Of a DNA stretch of 38,347 bases, positions 33,243 through 38,347 are shown piece after piece; the first letter of the stretch is position 1; each line of letters begins with the position of its first letter. The stretch comes from a virus, in the IMG/VR virus record IMGVR_UViG_3300045988_153982, positions 1 to 38,347 of that record; one strand, 5' to 3'. Under the pieces are notes generated by a model. That model worked only from the letters and a program-made list of their open reading frames with translations, was not told the origin of the DNA and ran no database searches. The translations under genes and the position numbers were made by a program.

Positions 33243-34643
33243 ATGCTACAAAATATATTTTTGTGGATTATGGAACATATCTTTAAAATTAAAACACAGA
33301 CTACACCAGATGTGGTTAGTCAAAACAATGATTATCAAAGGGAATACGAGCGAATAGACCAAATTAACTTTACTTCAATATTTGCTAACAAAATATCTAA
33401 TTATGTGGCAAACGATAGCAATATTGATGTTACTGGAACGAGTGAAAGAGCAAAGTATTTCAATGAAATTGCACAAAGTATGAAAAGGAAATTAAAAAAG
33501 ATTTCGTCAACAATTTTAGGAGTTGGAGGTATTGCAATAGTTCCTTATGTTAAAAAAGGAAAAATATATTACAATATTGTTCCACAAAATAGGGTTTTAA
33601 TTGATGAAAAGACTGGTGACTTAATCACTGGGGCGACTATTCTTGCAGAAAGCAAGGTTGTAAGTGATTTAGTTAGCCAAAAAATTTATTACAGGTGGAC
33701 TAATTATCAAATAAGAAATAACAACTTGATTATTCAACAAAAGTTTACTGATGAAAATGGAAATGAGTTAAAAGATACACCTGAATTTTGGGCTGGAGTT
33801 CAAACGATATTAAGCATTAGCAATGTTGACAGAGTTCCGTTTGCTTTTGTAATAAGCCCTATAAATAATAGAAAACCAAGTGATGACTACGGAGTGCCTA
33901 TCACTTATGGTTGTGACGAAACAATAACAGAAATAAAAGAGTGCTTAAAGCAAATAGTTAGAGAATTTAAAGTAAAAGAAACATTCATTGGCGTTGACTA
34001 CTCAATGTTTAAAAAAGACAAAAATGGACATTGGGAATTGCCGGAGGATGGACTTTACAAAAAGTTCAATAGTGATAAAGATGACTTTTGGGAAGTATTT
34101 AGCCCAGAAATAAGACAAAGTTCTTATTATGAAAGATTAAGGGAATTGTATTCAAGACTTGAAAAAGAAATTGGAACAAGTGCAGGAATACTAACTGAAA
34201 TAGAAACAGCGAATGCGACTGCAACTGCTATTAAAAGGGCATTGTATGATACTTTAACAATAGTAGATGATTTAAGAGATAACCTAGAACAAGGCTTTGA
34301 TGATTTCTTTAAGGCCTGCGATGTTCTAACAAATGCTTATAATGTTGTTCCAAGCGGTACTTTTGAATTATCTTACGATTGGGATTTATCTTTACTTGAA
34401 GAACCGCAAGAAACATATAACCAATATGTACAAGGTTTAAGTCAAGGCGTTGTTAAGAAAGAAGAACTAAGGCAATTCATATTTAGCGATGAAACACTAG
34501 AAGAAAGCAAAAAGGCTATTGAAGAGATAGAAGAAGAAACACCTAGTGTTGATAAGTTGCTTGATGATGAAGAAGATAATGCTGATAATAACAAAGATAA
34601 GCAGGATGATAAGAAAAACAAAGAAAATGAAGAGAAAGAGTAA
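33243..34643 (+). CDS. Portal protein (SPP1 gp6-like)
   Basis: AAGGAGAG RBS. 466 aa with a strongly acidic C-terminus. Located after the terminase region. Confidence 0.6.
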   Translation: MLQNIFLWIMEHIFKIKTQTTPDVVSQNNDYQREYERIDQINFTSIFANKISNYVANDSNIDVTGTSERAKYFNEIAQSMKRKLKKISSTILGVGGIAIVPYVKKGKIYYNIVPQNRVLIDEKTGDLITGATILAESKVVSDLVSQKIYYRWTNYQIRNNNLIIQQKFTDENGNELKDTPEFWAGVQTILSISNVDRVPFAFVISPINNRKPSDDYGVPITYGCDETITEIKECLKQIVREFKVKETFIGVDYSMFKKDKNGHWELPEDGLYKKFNSDKDDFWEVFSPEIRQSSYYERLRELYSRLEKEIGTSAGILTEIETANATATAIKRALYDTLTIVDDLRDNLEQGFDDFFKACDVLTNAYNVVPSGTFELSYDWDLSLLEEPQETYNQYVQGLSQGVVKKEELRQFIFSDETLEESKKAIEEIEEETPSVDKLLDDEEDNADNNKDKQDDKKNKENEEKE

Positions 34644-34658
34644 AATCTTTCTTTTTTT
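34634..34658 (+). terminator. Rho-independent terminator overlapping the portal stop
   Basis: gaaag-agtaaaat-ctttc hairpin followed by a T7 run. Confidence 0.5.
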
Positions 34659-34688
34659 GCTATAAATTTAAAAAATGTTAATTTAGTA

Positions 34689-34717
34689 TTGACAAAGTAA
34701 ATATAATATAGTATAAT
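34689..34717 (+). promoter_or_regulatory. Consensus promoter TTGACA-N17-TATAAT driving the SSB/small-protein block
   Basis: ttgaca at 34689..34694, 17-nt spacer, tataat at 34712..34717. Confidence 0.7.
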
Positions 34718-34748
34718 TAAAGTATAAATTGAAAAGGAGAGATGAAAG

Positions 34749-35099
34749 ATGTTAAATCAATTAACATTAGTTGGTCGTTTAGTTTCAGACCTTCAAATAA
34801 ATGAAACTGAAAATGGAAGAAAGGTTTGCACTATTATATTAGCAGTATCACGAAGTTATAAAAATGAACAAGGTATTTATGAAACTGATTTTATACCAGT
34901 TACGCTATGGACCAGCATTGCTGGAAATACAATAAATTATTTTAAAAAAGGTAATTTAGTAGGAGTTAGAGGAAAATTAGAAAGTTCAATAACTACTGAT
35001 GATAACCATACAATAGAAGAGAATAAAAGATTAAAGTTAAGAGTTGTTGCAGAAAAAGTAACTTTCTTGTCTAATAAATCTAATAAAGAAGAAGAATAA
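34749..35099 (+). CDS. ssb: Single-stranded DNA-binding protein (OB-fold) lacking the canonical DDDIPF tail
   Basis: MLNQLTLVGRLVSDLQ...DFIPVTLWTSIAGNTINYFKKGNLVGVRGKLES aligns with B. subtilis SSB MLNRVVLVGRLTKDPEL...[33 protein letters not shown]. Ends ...NKSNKEEE. Confidence 0.85.
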   Translation: MLNQLTLVGRLVSDLQINETENGRKVCTIILAVSRSYKNEQGIYETDFIPVTLWTSIAGNTINYFKKGNLVGVRGKLESSITTDDNHTIEENKRLKLRVVAEKVTFLSNKSNKEEE

Positions 35100-35182
35100 A
35101 ATCTTTTTCTCAATGTAGCCATTGACTGTTGCAAGCCAGTATTAAAAATGTAGAGCATAGAAAATATGAAAAGGAGAATAAA

Positions 35183-35335
35183 ATGAAAGAAAACAAAACA
35201 AGAAAAACACATACATTTGATAAGAAAGTGTATGCTGAATTTCAAAAATATGCTAGTAGTATAGGCAGAAGTGTATCTTCATTAATAGAACAATTTATGA
35301 GAGAAACACTTAAAGAAATGAAAAAGGAGAAATAA
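35183..35335 (+). CDS. Putative RHH/Arc-like small DNA-binding protein (start trimmed to ATG after AAGGAG)
   Basis: ORF-track 35129..35335. KTHTFDKKVYAEFQKYASSIGRSVSSLIEQFMRE has strand-helix-helix architecture. Confidence 0.45.
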   Translation: MKENKTRKTHTFDKKVYAEFQKYASSIGRSVSSLIEQFMRETLKEMKKEK

Positions 35336-35340
35336 GAATA

Positions 35341-35657
35341 ATGGATAAAGAAAATATATTATATTATCAATCCAACATAAAAACATCAAGAAATGAAGAT
35401 AGTGTATATGCTATGAAGTATGCTAGTCAGCAAATGTTAATAGATAAATTAGAACAAAACTGCAAAAAGCAAAAAAAGTTATTGATAAGTTGGAATTAGA
35501 GAATAAACAACTAAAAGATAAACTATCTAAAATAGAAACATTAATAATAAACCATAATTGTGATACTGGTGATATTTATTATAAGTATAATAGCAAATTT
35601 TTAAAAAGTGAATTAAAACAAAGAATATTAGAGATAGTATATGAGGTGTCAGAATGA
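35341..35657 (+). pseudogene. Coiled-coil protein gene interrupted by a 1-nt frameshift in an A7 homopolymer (35471..35477)
   Basis: Frame 0 from ATG 35341 stops at 35497. The -1 frame continues from the A-run as VIDKLELENKQLKDKLSKIETLIINHNCDTGDIYYKYNSKFLKSELKQRILEIVYEVSE and ends with ATGA coupling to the next gene. Each piece is below the ORF-track cut-off. Confidence 0.4.
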
Positions 35658-35995
35658 GTAAAATTTGTGGATATAGTTGTGAACATAATAAAAGTGGTGT
35701 TTGTCAAATATCAGTATGTAGTAAAAAATCAAATATGAAAGATAAAACGGAAACAGAGTTATTTAGAGAAACTTGGTATGAGATAAGTCAAATACGACAA
35801 TTACAACAAGAAAATAAACAATTAAAAGATAATTGGAATAAGTTAAAAGAATATATAAAAGAAACTAAGTTAAAGGAATTTGAAAAATCATATGGTAAAA
35901 GATATGGAAAAACATTTACACAAGCAGAAATAATTGTGTGTAATATGATTTTAAATAAAATGCTAGAAATAGAAGGAAGTGATAGTGATGAATGA
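35654..35995 (+). CDS. Zn-ribbon plus coiled-coil protein
   Basis: N-terminal CGYSCEHNKSGVCQISVC cysteine cluster followed by heptad repeats. Confidence 0.45.
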   Translation: MSKICGYSCEHNKSGVCQISVCSKKSNMKDKTETELFRETWYEISQIRQLQQENKQLKDNWNKLKEYIKETKLKEFEKSYGKRYGKTFTQAEIIVCNMILNKMLEIEGSDSDE

Positions 35996-36182
35996 AGATT
36001 TAATAACAATGACTGTTAATCAAAAAACAAATGCTATAGATTTATATAATTTTATACAAAGATGTCTTCCGTTTGATACAGTAATAGAATTATACAAATT
36101 AATTCAATACAAATTAATTAATTTAGATGATGAACCTTATAATTATTGTAATTTGGCGAAGAAAGTAGAGAGTGATGAGTAA
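35979..36182 (+). CDS. Hypothetical protein (67 aa)
   Basis: ORF. Start uncertain (alternative ATG at 35988). Confidence 0.35.
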   Translation: MIVMNEDLITMTVNQKTNAIDLYNFIQRCLPFDTVIELYKLIQYKLINLDDEPYNYCNLAKKVESDE

Positions 36183-36431
36183 ATGACAGCTAAAGAAATG
36201 TTTGAAAATTTAGGTTTTTATTATGAAGAAAGAGCATATGGCTTTAGTTATGATGCTTATGATAGTGAAAGCGGTTGGCTAAGGTTTGTTGCCTTTGATA
36301 TTAAAAATAAAACTGTTGAAATACATAGAGTTAATATTTATTGGAATTATGAAACTAAATATACAAAACATACTCGTTTAGACAAAGCAATAAATAAACA
36401 AATAGAAGAATTAAGGTGGAATAAATGCTAA
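36183..36431 (+). CDS. Hypothetical protein (82 aa)
   Basis: TAAATG coupling. Confidence 0.4.
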   Translation: MTAKEMFENLGFYYEERAYGFSYDAYDSESGWLRFVAFDIKNKTVEIHRVNIYWNYETKYTKHTRLDKAINKQIEELRWNKC

Positions 36432-36715
36432 CATTACCGATTAAGAAAAAATGGTTTGACATGATAAAGTCAGGCGAAAAGAAAGAAGAATATAGAGAAA
36501 TTAAACCTTATTATGATAGCAGATTTTTGAAATCAATAGAAGATAAAAGACCTCATACAAATATTATATTATTTAGAAATGGTTATGGTAAAAATAAGCC
36601 TACTTTAAAATGTGAAGTGATTATTTCAAAAGGTTATGGCAAAGAAGAATGGGGAGCAGAGCCTAACAAAATGTATTATGTATTAAGAATATTAGATATG
36701 GAGGAGATTAAATAA
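36425..36715 (+). CDS. ASCH-domain protein (PUA-like)
   Basis: LPIKKKWFDMIKSGEKKEEYREIKPY fits the ASCH N-terminal signature (...I..G.K..E.R). Confidence 0.55.
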   Translation: MLTLPIKKKWFDMIKSGEKKEEYREIKPYYDSRFLKSIEDKRPHTNIILFRNGYGKNKPTLKCEVIISKGYGKEEWGAEPNKMYYVLRILDMEEIK

Positions 36716-37351
36716 ATGAGTATAGAAGAATTAGCATTTAAAGATAGGAAAATTTTAGCAAATTTAAACGCAATAGATTTATTAGATATAATAGAGTTTT
36801 TACAAGAAGATAGAAATCAATGGATTAATCAGTTTACTAAAACTCATAATGAAGGTGTTGAAATTCAAAAAGAAAATCAAGAATTAAAAGAAGCATTAGA
36901 AGCAAAATCATATTGTAAATATGCTAATAAATGTGATGAATTTGATGATTGCTCTAAAGAAGAGTATGAAATTATGGCAATTGAAAATATAAAATTAAGT
37001 ATTGAAAATCAAGAATTAAAATCGCAATTATCTGGCACTACCCATTGTTTTGATGAAGAAGAACATAGAGTATTAAAGAAACAACTTGAAGAAATAAACA
37101 AATTTGTATGTAAATGTGGTTTTGCGAATATAGAACAAGTTATGCTTAATTATTGTGGCTTGTTAACTCAACAAAAAGAGTTTATAAAGTATTTAGAAAA
37201 TGAAATTAAAGAAATAGAAAAAACAATTGAATTATTGAGTGATACAGGAAGTTGCAGAATACCAAATTTGCAATATAAAAAACATATTTTAGAAGAGACT
37301 TTACAAAAATATAAAGAAATAACTCAGACAAAAAATAATAATTCTGTCTGA
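36716..37351 (+). CDS. Coiled-coil protein with Cys motifs (CKYANKCDEFDDC, CKCGF)
   Basis: ATGA coupling. 211 aa. Confidence 0.45.
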   Translation: MSIEELAFKDRKILANLNAIDLLDIIEFLQEDRNQWINQFTKTHNEGVEIQKENQELKEALEAKSYCKYANKCDEFDDCSKEEYEIMAIENIKLSIENQELKSQLSGTTHCFDEEEHRVLKKQLEEINKFVCKCGFANIEQVMLNYCGLLTQQKEFIKYLENEIKEIEKTIELLSDTGSCRIPNLQYKKHILEETLQKYKEITQTKNNNSV

Positions 37352-37372
37352 GTCAAAAGAAAGAGTGACAAA

Positions 37373-37813
37373 ATGGCGGATACGAATAAAAGAGTAAAAA
37401 CTATAAATTATACTTGTAATGGAAATTGTTCTGGATGTGGAAATTGCTGTGGAGATATTTTACATCTATCTAAAAATGAAATAAAGAGAATAGCTAAGTA
37501 TGTAAAACAAAATAAAATTAAAGCTACGCCAAGAAATATTCTAGTAGCTTATGATAATACTTGCCCATTTAGAGATAATGCAAACAAAAAATGCAAAATC
37601 TATGAAGTAAGACCAGATATTTGTCGAGTATTCAAGTGTGATAAAACCCCAGAAGAAGTGTATAGAAACAGAGAATTTAATAATGGGAAAAAACTACCAA
37701 GAAGTATGCGAAATTTATTTTACAATGATAGTTCAGGTGCAAAATGGTTATTTGAGAACTTTGGTAGATTAATTTATGATAAAAATGATAAAGCAATAGG
37801 AGTATCAGAATGA
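37373..37813 (+). CDS. YkgJ-family (PF03692, CxxCxxCC) putative Zn/Fe-S protein
   Basis: NGNCSGCGNCCGD plus CPF...CKIYEVRPDICRVFKC fit the YkgJ/UPF0153 cysteine pattern. Confidence 0.65.
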   Translation: MADTNKRVKTINYTCNGNCSGCGNCCGDILHLSKNEIKRIAKYVKQNKIKATPRNILVAYDNTCPFRDNANKKCKIYEVRPDICRVFKCDKTPEEVYRNREFNNGKKLPRSMRNLFYNDSSGAKWLFENFGRLIYDKNDKAIGVSE

Positions 37814-38109
37814 AACTAATTAAAAATTGGCAAGAATTATCAAAAGTACTAGCAAATGGTAAATACAAAATTATAGTGTGTGATTGTTGTGGTTGGATAG
37901 TTCCAATTTGTGATGTACCTGATGAAGATAATTTTACTTGTAATTGTCCTGAAATGACTACAAAAGAATATTTTGAAAAACATATATACTTATCAACTCA
38001 TACTTTTTATGGTAAACGTTACAAACATTCTACTGAATTATTACAAAAATATGGTTTTGATATAGAAATAGATAATTGGGATAAAGAAATAATAGGAGAT
38101 GATAAATAA
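37810..38109 (+). CDS. Cys-rich small protein (CDCCGW...CD...CNCPE)
   Basis: ATGA coupling. Possible zinc-binding. Confidence 0.4.
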   Translation: MKLIKNWQELSKVLANGKYKIIVCDCCGWIVPICDVPDEDNFTCNCPEMTTKEYFEKHIYLSTHTFYGKRYKHSTELLQKYGFDIEIDNWDKEIIGDDK

Positions 38110-38347
38110 TGATAAAAGTAACATTTGAAAAAGATTATAGCAAAGATTTTAATATTAAATTTTATGGATTAATACAACTTAATATTGTTTATGATAATGG
38201 AAAAGTAGTATCAATCAAAGAAAAAAAGAAAGCAAAAGAATTAGTTGAAGAAATAACAAAGTTTAAAGAATTTTATGACATAAAAACTGATGATGTCATA
38301 ACTATAATTGATATGTATTTTGCTAATTATTTTAATATAGAATACAT
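38109..38347 (+). CDS. Hypothetical protein CDS running off the window end. Completes at 138 via the terminal repeat (about 86 aa in total).
   Basis: ATGA overlap with the upstream stop. Frame is continuous into the repeat and on to TAG at 136..138. Confidence 0.5.
   Translation, partial: MIKVTFEKDYSKDFNIKFYGLIQLNIVYDNGKVVSIKEKKKAKELVEEITKFKEFYDIKTDDVITIIDMYFANYFNIEY
38229..38347. repeat. Second copy of the terminal direct repeat (equals 1..119)
   Basis: Identical sequence to the window start. Confidence 0.95.

Noticed and set aside
3144-37868. All 23 minus-strand ORFs in the six-frame track (e.g. 3144..3368, 5480..5662, 8393..8755, 12404..12765, 16288..16832, 22736..23014, 29307..29805, 31712..31960, 32520..32930, 34937..35245, 37677..37868)
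   Set aside because: Each lies antisense inside a well-supported + strand gene, has no SD sequence, and translates to low-complexity hydrophobic F/L/I/S-rich peptides typical of the antisense of AT-rich coding DNA. The 136-aa ORF 32520..32930 is antisense to the YhhQ-like gene.
1-38347. CRISPR arrays, IS elements, integrase, CI-like repressor
   Set aside because: No regularly spaced direct repeats, no transposase- or recombinase-like ORF, and no divergent repressor/Cro pair. The only repeats are the terminal redundancy and the iteron clusters.

Overview
The window is one complete AT-rich (roughly 28-30% GC) siphovirus-type phage genome of about 38.2 kb. It is shown with a 119-bp terminal redundancy (1..119 is identical to 38229..38347), so the assembly is circular or circularly permuted. 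One gene wraps around the ends (38109..38347 continuing to 138). Every convincing gene is on the + strand. All minus-strand ORFs in the track are antisense artefacts. The order is: small early-like genes, SPP1-like head module (gp7-like, scaffold, major capsid), head-tail joining, major tail, G/T chaperones, tape measure, baseplate and a tail-collar fibre, holin and amidase/SH3b endolysin, a post-lysis accessory block (sigma-region-4-like HTH, a BclA-C-terminal/C1q-like protein), tRNA-Cys(GCA), an HNH endonuclease, then the early/replication region (small proteins, an RHH protein, a RecB-like nuclease fused to a Sak4/AAA_24-like ATPase, DUF669, replisome organizer with internal iteron origin, DnaB-like helicase, YopX, two more HNH genes), then terminase large subunit, a ParB-like / TGT-like(DpdA) / YhhQ-like cassette, portal, and a promoter-driven block of small proteins (SSB, RHH, Zn-ribbons, ASCH, YkgJ-family). 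I found no integrase, CI-like repressor, CRISPR array or IS element, so a virulent or non-integrative lifestyle is inferred. The most notable items are: (i) a compact ParB-like + DpdA-like + YhhQ-like cassette between terminase and portal, suggesting DNA modification from scavenged 7-deazaguanine precursor; (ii) a 0.9-kb ORF-free region holding a promoter, a roughly 630-nt hairpin-rich candidate large ncRNA with a tRNA-like T-arm, a terminator and a second iteron/DUE block (SPP1 oriL/oriR-like duplication of the origin); (iii) a nuclease-ATPase fusion with an in-frame internal SD/ATG; (iv) a recurrent TTGCAA-N17-TGATATAAT promoter class whose TG and first A are the stop codon of the upstream gene.
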